From assembly GCA_030429585.1 (NCBI GenBank), contig JAUIEU010000001.1, positions 353,982-417,981 on the forward strand: DNA of 64,000 bases, in the 5' to 3' direction. Numbering within the stretch: position 1 is the first letter of the stretch; each line of letters starts with the position of its first letter. A program made the translations under genes and the position numbers. Below are positions 18,256 through 27,233 of this stretch, in pieces. Origin of the DNA: a bacterium. GTDB taxonomy: Bacteria > Cyanobacteriota > Vampirovibrionia > Vampirovibrionales > Vampirovibrionaceae. The notes beneath the pieces were generated by a model. That model saw only the letters and a program-made list of their open reading frames with translations. It was not told where the DNA came from and did not search any database.

Positions 18256-20073
18256 TTAATGTTTGCCAAACTGGGCTTTGCGTAGGCGAATGCTGTCTGG
18301 CGTTACTTCCATTAGCTCATCAACGGCAATGTAGTCCAAGCCAAACTCTAGGGTTACTTCAATTGGGGTAGAAAGTACTTCCATCACATCAGCGGTAGCG
18401 CTACGCATGTTGGTTAGTTTTTTGGGGCGGCATACATTAAGCTTTAAATCTTGCTGGCGGTTATTTTCGCCTACAATCATGCCGGGGTATACAGTGGTAC
18501 GTGGGGCCACAAAAAAGGTGCCACGGTCTTCTAGGTTTTTTAGGGCGTAGGCAGTGGTTTCACCTTGCTCTGCACTAACTAAAACCCCATTGCGGTGGGT
18601 GCCAATATCGCCTACCCAGGGTTGGTAATCCTGAAAGGCGGCTGTCATCATGCCCTGGCCGCGGGTTAAACGAATAAACTCGCTACGGAAGCCGAGTAAG
18701 CCACGGCTAGGGATAACAAAGCGAAGCATGGTGCGTCCGTGGCTGGCTTCCATGTGCTGCATATCTCCTTTTCGGGCGGCTAAACGTTCAATGCAAGCAC
18801 CGACACCATCATCGGGTACATCTAGCATCAGTTCTTCAAAGGGCTCGCACAGCTTGCCGTCTATCTCTTTGGTAAATACTTCTGGCTTACTAACCTGGAA
18901 CTCATACCCTTCGCGACGCATGGTTTCAATCAAAATGCTTAGGTGTAGTTCGCCACGGCCACTCACAATAAAGCTATCGGCGGTGGGGCCATCTTCTACC
19001 CGTAGGCTAATATTGCTACGGGTTTCTCGCTCTAGGCGGTCTTTAATTTGACGAGATGTGACAAATTTACCTTCGCGCCCTGCCAGTGGGCTGGTATTAA
19101 TCAGGAAGGTCATTTTGAGGGTAGGCTCTTCCAACAGGATTTTTGGCAACCCTTCCGGGGAGTCTAAGGCGCAGATGGTTTCGCCAATTTGAATTTCTGG
19201 CAACCCGGCGACGGCCACAATATCACCGGCCATGGCTTGCTCAATTTCGATACGCTTTTGGCCTTCAAAGCCAAACAGCTTGGTAACACGGTGTTGGGTG
19301 GTTTTGCCGTTGTTGCCTACCAGCGCTACGGTTTGGCCCACGTTAATGGTGCCACGGTAAATGCGGCCAATACAAATTCGGCCTAGGTAATCGTTATAAT
19401 CCAGGGTACTGGCTTGCAGCTGTAGGGGGGCGTTGGCATCGGCGCCACCGGCTACCACAGGGCTAGGGATATGTTTAATAATGCTATCAAATAAGGGGGT
19501 AAAATCGGTTAATTCGTCAGACATCTCCGCTTTGCTAGTGCCTTGTAAGCCGCACGCGTACACTACCGGAAAGTCTAATTGGTCTTCGTCGGCACCGAGT
19601 TCGATGAGTAGATCTACCACTTTATCTACAGCGCGGGCTGGGTTCGCCGCGTCGCGGTCAATTTTATTGACTACCACCACAATTTTTAGGTGGTGAGATA
19701 AGGCTTTGCGCAATACAAAGCGGGTTTGGGGCATAGGGCCTTCTACGGCATCCACAATTAGTAGGGCGCCTTGCACCATGGTCAGCACTCGCTCTACCTC
19801 GCCGCCAAAGTCAGCGTGGCCAGGGGTATCCAAAATATTAATTTTGGTATCGCCAACGGTCACCGCGCAGTTTTTGGATAGGATGGTAATGCCCCGCTCA
19901 CGCTCAAGGTCGTGGCTATCCATGGCGCGTTCTACCTTGGTTTCGTTTTCTCGGTACACGCCGCTTTGGTTAAACATACTATCGACTAGTGTGGTTTTAC
20001 CATGGTCTACGTGGGCAATAATCGCAATATTACGGATGTTATCGGCGGACGTTAGGGTAGAGATAGATGACAT
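18256..20073 (-). CDS. typA: translational GTPase TypA/BipA
   Basis: [16 protein letters not shown]1 motif, [13 protein letters not shown]; 605 aa. Confidence 0.95.
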   Translation of the reverse strand: MSSISTLTSADNIRNIAIIAHVDHGKTTLVDSMFNQSGVYRENETKVERAMDSHDLERERGITILSKNCAVTVGDTKINILDTPGHADFGGEVERVLTMVQGALLIVDAVEGPMPQTRFVLRKALSHHLKIVVVVNKIDRDAANPARAVDKVVDLLIELGADEDQLDFPVVYACGLQGTSKAEMSDELTDFTPLFDSIIKHIPSPVVAGGADANAPLQLQASTLDYNDYLGRICIGRIYRGTINVGQTVALVGNNGKTTQHRVTKLFGFEGQKRIEIEQAMAGDIVAVAGLPEIQIGETICALDSPEGLPKILLEEPTLKMTFLINTSPLAGREGKFVTSRQIKDRLERETRSNISLRVEDGPTADSFIVSGRGELHLSILIETMRREGYEFQVSKPEVFTKEIDGKLCEPFEELMLDVPDDGVGACIERLAARKGDMQHMEASHGRTMLRFVIPSRGLLGFRSEFIRLTRGQGMMTAAFQDYQPWVGDIGTHRNGVLVSAEQGETTAYALKNLEDRGTFFVAPRTTVYPGMIVGENNRQQDLKLNVCRPKKLTNMRSATADVMEVLSTPIEVTLEFGLDYIAVDELMEVTPDSIRLRKAQFGKH

Positions 20074-20338
20074 GGTGTGCTTTCGGGTAAATTAGGTTAA
20101 TAAAAGTGGGTGAGGTAAATAGTTGTCAATTTAAGGCGTAGCCAGCCGTGCAATATGCATAATGAAGTGATTATGGCTTATTAGCAAGTATGGCGGCTAT
20201 TTTTCTTAGCCTGGCAGTATATCACTTAAATACGCTTGTAACCTTTTAACATTGCCCGTTGCTAGTTAAGTAAAATGTGACTGGGCACGTAACGAGATGA
20301 AACAAAAGGTATATTATTCGGATATGGCGCTGACAATC

Positions 20339-20392
20339 CGGACCTTTATATTGTTTTTATTATTTAAGAGATAAAATTAGGTGGAGACAACA
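20339..20392 (+). promoter_or_regulatory. copy C of a conserved upstream cis-element (ACAATCCGGACC-N7-TGTTTTTATTATTTAAGAG...AGGTGG)
   Basis: Near-identical 3' half to copy A at 24612..24660, with an 8/12 match to the GCAATCTGAATC 5' box. Confidence 0.6.
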
Positions 20393-20438
20393 ACCGTTGG
20401 TGTATTACTGCACCAACATAATTTGGGAGTATAAATAT

Positions 20439-20930
20439 ATGTTATTAGGATTAGCTTTAACAGCAGCCTCCGTTTTTGGTACCAAAAAAACGGCAGAAAA
20501 TGTTAAAAAAGAGATCGATAAAACTAACAAAACGGAAAGTGGGCAATCCTATTTAAATGCTAACCCATTTAACCAAGATGGCAATTTAAGTGTTAGAAAT
20601 ACAAAAGGGTTCCTGTTTTCTGCGTACGGTGATTACGCTGGTGAAGATGGGAAATACGATGTTACCGAACTTGAAGAATTAAGCCAAATCATTGAAGAAC
20701 GCTATGAAAAATTGGAAGGTAAGGAAGGGCGATTCGCTGAAAAGCTTGCCAAAAACCTTGGTAAGCAAATGGAGATGCTGGAAGCTTTGATAAACAACTT
20801 TAGCGAGATTAGTAGCGCGGATGATGATAGTGCAACACTAAGCAAAAAAGACATTAAAAAAACGGGCCGGCAACATAGTAACGGGTCTGGGTCCCAGCGA
20901 TATATAGATTTAAGCCGCCTTGGTGGCTAG
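20439..20930 (+). CDS. hypothetical secreted Lys/Glu-rich protein (~164 aa from the ATG at 20439)
   Basis: GGGAG is 9 nt upstream of the ATG at 20439. A signal-peptide-like MLLGLALTAASVFG follows. Low GC. The ORF track begins upstream at 20397. Confidence 0.5.
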   Translation: MLLGLALTAASVFGTKKTAENVKKEIDKTNKTESGQSYLNANPFNQDGNLSVRNTKGFLFSAYGDYAGEDGKYDVTELEELSQIIEERYEKLEGKEGRFAEKLAKNLGKQMEMLEALINNFSEISSADDDSATLSKKDIKKTGRQHSNGSGSQRYIDLSRLGG

Positions 20931-20953
20931 GCAGTTAATATAATTAGCAATAA

Positions 20954-20994
20954 CCCCAAGCCTGGAGTGTACTAGGCTTGGGGCGTTGCTTTTA
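20954..20994 (+). terminator. intrinsic terminator
   Basis: CCCCAAGCCT-(10-nt loop)-AGGCTTGGGG then CGTTGCTTTT. Confidence 0.6.
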
Positions 20995-21007
20995 AGTGGT
21001 TAAAAAC

Positions 21008-22171
21008 CTATAAGGCTAGTGTAATTGGTAATACCTTGCTCTTTGTGTGGCGTTCAATCTGTTTTAGGCTGCGCTTTTCGTGGGAGTTTATAAAGGTATA
21101 GGATTTACCCGATTGCTCTGCCCGGCCAGTACGGCCAATGCGGTGGACATAACTTTCAGAGGTTTTGGGCATGTCATAGTTGAAGACGGCATCTATATTC
21201 TTCACATCGATGCCGCGGGCGGCCACATCGGTTGCTACTAGGTATTGAACAGTGCCTTTACGGAATTTACCCATAATGCGGTTGCGCTGGGATTGGGATA
21301 ACCCACCGTGAAGACCGTCGGCCGGGAGCCCATCTTTTTGGAGCAGGTTGGTGAGTTTGTCTACCTGGCGTTTGGTATTACAAAAAATAACTGCTAAATG
21401 CAGGGATTCATCTGTAATGAGTTGATTAATGGCGCGGCGGCGTTTGGATGGGTCGATTTGTAGGTAATGCTGGGTAACGTTTCGGGCGCTGGCATTATCT
21501 TCCGATGTTTTTACAAAAGCGGGTTGCTGCAAGTGGGTTTTTGCTAGCTTTTTAATGGCATCCGACATGGTGGCAGAAAATAAAATGGTTTGCCGTTGGG
21601 GGGGGAGTTGTTCTAACACGTGCTCGATGTCTTTTCTAAAGCCCATGTCTAGCATTTCGTCTGCTTCATCCAATACCATAAAGCGTACCGCGCCTAGCCT
21701 TAAGTGGCCGCGGCTCATCATATCCATTACTCGGCCAGGGGTGCCCACTACAATTAAAGGCCGCTTTTGTAAGGCGCGTACTTGTTTGGGGATGGGCTCG
21801 CCGCCATAGATGGACACTGCGTTCACTTTAGGATGGTGCTCTAGCAGGGCGTTAATTTCGCCGGTAACTTGTTGGGCCAGTTCTCGGGTGGGGCACAGCA
21901 CTAACGCCTGTACTTTGCGGCTTGGTATATAGAGTTGTTCAATAATAGGGATGCCAAATGCCGCTGTTTTGCCGGTACCGGTTTCAGCTTGGCCAATCAT
22001 ATCGTTACCGTTTAACAATAGGGGGATGGCTTGGTGCTGAATGGTAGAGGGTGTTTTAAAGCCCATGCGGGCCAGGCTGGTGTGCATGCCTTCAGATAAG
22101 GATAATTGGGTAAAGCTAGGGGCACTGGGAGCCGTATTAGGGGCATCCACGTGTTGGGTGGTAAGGGTCAT
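21008..22171 (-). CDS. DEAD-box ATP-dependent RNA helicase
   Basis: Motifs AETGTGKT, PTRELA, DEAD, SAT and HRIGRTGR are all present. Confidence 0.9.
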   Translation of the reverse strand: MTLTTQHVDAPNTAPSAPSFTQLSLSEGMHTSLARMGFKTPSTIQHQAIPLLLNGNDMIGQAETGTGKTAAFGIPIIEQLYIPSRKVQALVLCPTRELAQQVTGEINALLEHHPKVNAVSIYGGEPIPKQVRALQKRPLIVVGTPGRVMDMMSRGHLRLGAVRFMVLDEADEMLDMGFRKDIEHVLEQLPPQRQTILFSATMSDAIKKLAKTHLQQPAFVKTSEDNASARNVTQHYLQIDPSKRRRAINQLITDESLHLAVIFCNTKRQVDKLTNLLQKDGLPADGLHGGLSQSQRNRIMGKFRKGTVQYLVATDVAARGIDVKNIDAVFNYDMPKTSESYVHRIGRTGRAEQSGKSYTFINSHEKRSLKQIERHTKSKVLPITLAL

Positions 22172-22629
22172 TAATACGTCTTTCGTAGAAAAGTAAAAAA
22201 AGTTAGGATTAAATGAATAGCCGCAGATAAATAAATTAGGTTTATGGACGCTTATTAGGTGCAGTACCTATGTAAAACCGCCTAAAAACCAAAACACGCC
22301 TTTTTGTACAAAAAGGCAGAATTATATGCGAAATAACCAATAAACAGGCAAGCAGCCTACTTATGCAGTGTTTGAATTTAAGAGCCTCATTTAAGTGTTT
22401 AAATGAAAGATTGTTGGATGAGGCTCGTATTAAGATAAATAAAAACCGTATCAAAAAATCTAGATACAGAGTATTGTGGCCCCGCGGCACTAAAATAACA
22501 ACCCTAGCCTGCAAATATTAATGATTGTAGGGGTGTGGGGCTTCGGTGCCGGGCAGGTGTTTAACTTACCGGTTATTGGTGGCACACTGGTACTATTCAT
22601 CGGGCAATAATAGGATATGCTGACTAGTT

Positions 22630-23484
22630 ATGACTAATACCCAGCCCCCGCTAGAGGATAGCTATATTTACATACTTGCCAAGGCCCAAAAAGGCTTGGG
22701 GCTTACGGATACACAGTTGACAGCGCATACCGAAATCTCGCCGGAGCTCCTTGAGGAGATTAAATCGGGTGGGTATAACGATAACGTGCCGGGGCATTCG
22801 CCGGCCTTGTTAAAACTGGCTTTTGCCCTGAATTTAAATGGCCCAGCTTTGGTAGCCATGGCAAAAAATTGCTACCAGCCTACAGCCACTTCTTTACCAA
22901 TAGGGTTGGCTATGTTTACCACCCCTTTTGGTGCTGGTATGACGGTAAATGCTTACCTGGTGTGGGATGAGGCCACCAAACGTGCCATTACGATTGATAC
23001 AGGCAGCAGTTGCCAGCCAATGCTTCAGTATGCCAGTAAGCACCACCTTACCTTTGCTAAGCATGTGGTTACCCACACCCATTTAGACCACTTGGCCGAT
23101 ATAGATACCTTGCTAGAAAAAGGCCAGGGCCTTGGCTATGGCCCTGCCATTGAAAATCCCCTTGGTTTAACGCCCATTAAGGGTGGGGATGGCTTGATTG
23201 TGGGCGAGCTGCACGTTCGTGTGCTGGGGACGCATGGCCACACCCCTGGCGGGTTAAGTTATTATATTACTGGGCTAGAAACCCCCATTGTGGTGGTGGG
23301 CGACGCCTTGTTTGCAGGGTCTATGGGGGGTGTGCCGTCACATGCTTATCAAACAGCCCTTCGTAATAATAGAGAGCACTTGTTAACGTTGCCTAAAAAC
23401 ACCATAATTTGCCCAGGCCATGGCCCCCTAACCACTGTTGGGCAAGAGCGCCAACATAACCCTTTTTTTAGTATTGATGCATAA
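22630..23484 (+). CDS. MBL-fold metallo-hydrolase (glyoxalase II-like) with N-terminal extension
   Basis: HTHLDH (HxHxDH) metal-binding motif and downstream His residues. Confidence 0.8.
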   Translation: MTNTQPPLEDSYIYILAKAQKGLGLTDTQLTAHTEISPELLEEIKSGGYNDNVPGHSPALLKLAFALNLNGPALVAMAKNCYQPTATSLPIGLAMFTTPFGAGMTVNAYLVWDEATKRAITIDTGSSCQPMLQYASKHHLTFAKHVVTHTHLDHLADIDTLLEKGQGLGYGPAIENPLGLTPIKGGDGLIVGELHVRVLGTHGHTPGGLSYYITGLETPIVVVGDALFAGSMGGVPSHAYQTALRNNREHLLTLPKNTIICPGHGPLTTVGQERQHNPFFSIDA

Positions 23485-23496
23485 GGTTTCCCCTCG

Positions 23497-24399
23497 ATGA
23501 TGAATATGACTAACAGTAGCCGCATTGGGTTTGTGGGGGTTGGCCGAATGGGGGCTAACATGGCCCGTTGCCTAAACGATGCCGGCTTCCCTGTTAGTGC
23601 TGTGTACGATGTTAATACGGATGAGGCTAAAGCCCTTTCGGAAGAGCTCAACACGCTGTTGGCGGCATCCTTGCATGAGGTGACCCAACACAGTGATGTG
23701 GTGATTACGGTGGTGACGGATGACAATGCCATGCAGGCAATTTACCTGGATGGGGATGACACGTTGTTGCAAGGTGCTGAGGGTACTTTGTTTATTAATT
23801 GTGCCACGGTTACCCCGGCGATTCATCAAACTATCCGCACAGCCTGCGATGCTGCTGGGGCAGAAGTGTTGGAATGCCCTATGGCGTCTAGTATTCCGCA
23901 GGCACGCAATGGCGAGTTATATTTGATGTGTGGCGGTAAAGCGTCTGTATTTAAGGCGGCCATGCCTATTATTGATGCGTTATCTTCTCAGGCGGTTTAT
24001 ATCGGTGAAGTGACGACAGCAGCCACCATGAAAGCCTTGGTTAATATGGTAATGAATATTAATACGGCAGGCGCAGCAGAAGGCTTAGGGTTAGCGGATG
24101 CCCTTGGGCTGGATTTAGACTTGGTTCGGCATATTTTTTCTCAAACAGGTGCTAACTCTCGTGCGTTGCAAACCGATGGCGAAGACATGCAACGTCGTGG
24201 TCATGAAGCGTATTTTTCTGCGGCCCATGCAGCAAAAGATAGTGGTATTGCGTTGAAGATGGGGAAAGACGAAGGCTTGCCGATGGTGCTTGCGGAGGCG
24301 ACTAAAAACCAATACGATACATTGGTAAAGCATAATCTGGGCCACTTGGATAAATCTGGCATTGCCGAATTAACCTTTAAAGACCGCATGCCCAAGTAA
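23497..24399 (+). CDS. NAD(P)-binding dehydrogenase of the 3-hydroxyisobutyrate dehydrogenase / 6-phosphogluconate dehydrogenase-like family
   Basis: N-terminal IGFVGVGRMGANMA Rossmann motif; about 300 aa. Confidence 0.8.
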   Translation: MMNMTNSSRIGFVGVGRMGANMARCLNDAGFPVSAVYDVNTDEAKALSEELNTLLAASLHEVTQHSDVVITVVTDDNAMQAIYLDGDDTLLQGAEGTLFINCATVTPAIHQTIRTACDAAGAEVLECPMASSIPQARNGELYLMCGGKASVFKAAMPIIDALSSQAVYIGEVTTAATMKALVNMVMNINTAGAAEGLGLADALGLDLDLVRHIFSQTGANSRALQTDGEDMQRRGHEAYFSAAHAAKDSGIALKMGKDEGLPMVLAEATKNQYDTLVKHNLGHLDKSGIAELTFKDRMPK

Positions 24400-24611
24400 T
24401 TATGAAGTGGGGGAGCTTAATTGCCTGTAGGGCCTAAAACGGTGTAAGGATGGATCGTTTCTACGCTGAAATGGTTGCGGGGTGGCTGTTTGGGTTGGTT
24501 TTGATGGGTATCCACGAACGCTTTAAACGCTGTGTATTAAGAAATATTGCAGATTTTGATATACAAGGCTGGGTGGGCTGGATATCTTACGTATTTTTTT
24601 ATGCTCACAGG

Positions 24612-24660
24612 AAGCAATCTGAATCTTAATATTGTTTTTATTATTTTAAGAGTGGTATTT
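24612..24660 (+). promoter_or_regulatory. copy A of the conserved upstream cis-element (GCAATCTGAATC-N7-TGTTTTTATTATTTTAAGAG...AGGTGG)
   Basis: The 12-mer GCAATCTGAATC is identical to copy B. The 3' half is near-identical to copy C. Confidence 0.65.
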
Positions 24661-24712
24661 AGGTGGTGCCGTGTGTGTAGGCAAGCCTAACAAGTGGAGT
24701 GGAGTGTGGATT

Positions 24713-27034
24713 ATGACGAGCATTAGTAGCTCGCAGGCGTTTTATACAGCCTTGCAACAGCAACAAACAATTAGCCGAAGTAAACTGGAAGCCAAAGCTG
24801 ACAAAACCGTTCAGGGCAATGATAACTTAGCGGATATGCTGGATGCCATTAGCCAGATTGAAATGGAGCTTTTGACAAGAGAAGCCAGTGAGGATGAAAT
24901 CCGTGTTTCTACCGATGAACTGTCGAGCACGGTAACCCTGGATACAGGCTTGATGGGTACGATTAAAAAGGCGATTACCAAGTTTGAGCATAACTTGGAA
25001 TTGACGACGACAGAAATGGCGGCAGTTAGCAAATTTGTTAGCACGCTAGAAGGCGGTAGCCAATCAGAGTTGGCGCTTATGGGTGCAACGGAAGAAGAGT
25101 ATGCCGCTACCAAGGATTCTAAAAAAATTAAATATGAAACAGGTGTAACGGATGATGGCGTGGAATACGCCATTATGACGGGGTTAAGTACTAACTTTTT
25201 AGAAACCTTGCGCGAAGAAGCGTCGAATAAGAAAAACCCGACAAAAGAAGATATCGTACACCATCTTAATAAATTAGAATCTGGTGATAATAAAAATAGG
25301 CTAGACCAGGAAAAAATCCTGGGGTATCGCTTTATTTTAGATAATTGGAATGAATTGACCAAATCGGGCGGTAATAAAAAACTAACCAAATCCAACCTTA
25401 AGCAAATAGGCAAACTAACGGAAGATAATGGCTACGTTACCTTGGATAATGTGTCTATTTCTTCCACCCTGAAGAAGAATTACCACCGTAGAAAAGTTTG
25501 GGGAACAGTTGCCGGTGCTGTGGTAGCCACAGTGGCAACCATTGCAACGGGCGGCGCATTAGGCCCCGTGGCTGCGGGTGCGATTGGTGGCGCTGCAGGT
25601 TCTATAACCGGTGGTGTGATTGAAGGTAAGCCTATAGAAAATATTGTTAAAGATGCGGCCCTAGGGGCTGCCTTGGGTGCTGCCGGTGGCGCAGCAGCTA
25701 AGGGTGCCAGTGCGGCGGCAAGCAAAATTACAAAAAAAATGGCAGATGCAGCAATAAAAGAAGGTGCCAGTGGTTTAACTAGGGCGCTAACCGGTAAGGC
25801 AGCCCAAGCGGCTGTAGAGGGTGCCGTAAAAGGCGCCGCACGAAGCGTTACAACCGCTACCTTGAGCGATTTAGCTGATGATGGCCGTATTAATAACGTG
25901 GGTGGTATTGCAACACAAGCTTGGCGCGGAGCTGTCTCTGGCGCGGTGGCGGGTACTGTAACCCAACCCCTGGGCGATAATATGCTTGGCAACTCCTTAG
26001 AACGAGGGGTGCAGCAAACGGTGCAACGGGCCGCTAATGGCGAAACAGATATTGGCGGGCTGGTAGCCGAATTTGCCGGTGGCACGGTTTCTGGTGCGGT
26101 AGAGCATGGCCTTGGTAACCTAGCCGGTACCCTTGCCCCGAATAATGATAATAAACTTTTGAATGCCAGTTTAACAGGCGGTACTATTGGTTTTGCCTCT
26201 GGCATGGCAGGCGAGCTAACAGAAAGTGCCTTTGAAGGTGAGTTTGATGGTATTGAAATCCTAGAGTCGTCATTAGCCAATATGCGGAGTGGTGCTACAT
26301 CCGCCAGTATAGACAGTAGGGTTGAGGCTGAAAAGCAGCAGCAATTACAGCGCGAACGAGCAAAGCAACAACAGCCTGTATCTAGGGAGACCAACTACAT
26401 TTTACATTCAAAATTTCCGACTGCGTCTAATTGGGATATTGATAAATATTTAAATAACCCTTGGATTAATGAGGCTGAGCAGGCACCGAGTGAGCCTGTA
26501 AGCCCTTATTACCAGAAATCCGCCCCCATGTTCCCTGGTCTAGATGAAAAAACCGTAGACCTGAAGTGGCTTACGGACCAAAGTAACCAGTCGAATTCAG
26601 CTCCTGTTTATACGCCCTCTATGCCGTTTGGTGCACCTAACAATATTCCATCCTTTAATCAAGCTTGGAGTACCCCTGCCAGCTCTCAGAAAAGTAGTTC
26701 ACCATCTACTTCTATTAATAGAGGAGCTTCGTTAAACTTGCCTGTTGGTAGCCATTGGCAATTACCGCCCCCCCAGGCATGGCAAACAAACCAAGCAAAC
26801 CCCTATGCTTCTAACGCTACTGGGTCAACCACTCGTCATGGCATTGAAGGAGCCTATGACCTGGCGAATGAAGCAAAAACACATTTCGATGACTGGAATG
26901 CAGACCCTACATATGAAGGGAATCCACCCTTGGATCTCAGTGAAGGGTATAATGGGTATGTTCAGGATCGACAAAAGTCACAACATCAGCGTGGTTTCTT
27001 CAATCGGGTATTCGGTGGCAACCGGAAGAACTAA
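24713..27034 (+). CDS. large hypothetical protein with central Gly/Ala-rich glycine-zipper region (start probably the ATG at 24713)
   Basis: N-terminal helical region, then about 250 aa of Gly/Ala-rich zipper-like sequence (AVVATVATIATGGALGPVAAGAIGGAAGSITGG...), then a Q/P/S-rich C-terminus. Confidence 0.6.
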   Translation: MTSISSSQAFYTALQQQQTISRSKLEAKADKTVQGNDNLADMLDAISQIEMELLTREASEDEIRVSTDELSSTVTLDTGLMGTIKKAITKFEHNLELTTTEMAAVSKFVSTLEGGSQSELALMGATEEEYAATKDSKKIKYETGVTDDGVEYAIMTGLSTNFLETLREEASNKKNPTKEDIVHHLNKLESGDNKNRLDQEKILGYRFILDNWNELTKSGGNKKLTKSNLKQIGKLTEDNGYVTLDNVSISSTLKKNYHRRKVWGTVAGAVVATVATIATGGALGPVAAGAIGGAAGSITGGVIEGKPIENIVKDAALGAALGAAGGAAAKGASAAASKITKKMADAAIKEGASGLTRALTGKAAQAAVEGAVKGAARSVTTATLSDLADDGRINNVGGIATQAWRGAVSGAVAGTVTQPLGDNMLGNSLERGVQQTVQRAANGETDIGGLVAEFAGGTVSGAVEHGLGNLAGTLAPNNDNKLLNASLTGGTIGFASGMAGELTESAFEGEFDGIEILESSLANMRSGATSASIDSRVEAEKQQQLQRERAKQQQPVSRETNYILHSKFPTASNWDIDKYLNNPWINEAEQAPSEPVSPYYQKSAPMFPGLDEKTVDLKWLTDQSNQSNSAPVYTPSMPFGAPNNIPSFNQAWSTPASSQKSSSPSTSINRGASLNLPVGSHWQLPPPQAWQTNQANPYASNATGSTTRHGIEGAYDLANEAKTHFDDWNADPTYEGNPPLDLSEGYNGYVQDRQKSQHQRGFFNRVFGGNRKN

Positions 27035-27066
27035 GCTAATCAAAGCTATCGCTTATTAAAAACACT

Positions 27067-27114
27067 AGCGGGGCCGTCGTCGGGTTTAATAATACCAGCT
27101 TGGCCCCGCTTTTA
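27067..27114 (+). terminator. intrinsic terminator
   Basis: AGCGGGGCC-(loop)-GGCCCCGCT followed by TTTTAG. Confidence 0.7.
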
Positions 27115-27233
27115 GTTGGTCGATGGCAATGAGTGTTAGGTGTATTGCTATTCAGTGGTAAAATCTAGGGGCACTGCTAGCGATGATGTAAGCGCGTTTG
27201 GTAGTGACTCTGTTTTTGCTGCAAGGCCCCTAA

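Noticed and set aside
24671-24712. Upstream start (24671) for the glycine-zipper protein
   Set aside because: The ATG at 24713 (MTSISSS...) is preceded by a purine-rich GGAGTGGAG stretch. The 14 extra residues (MCVGKPNKWSGVWI) look like translated leader.
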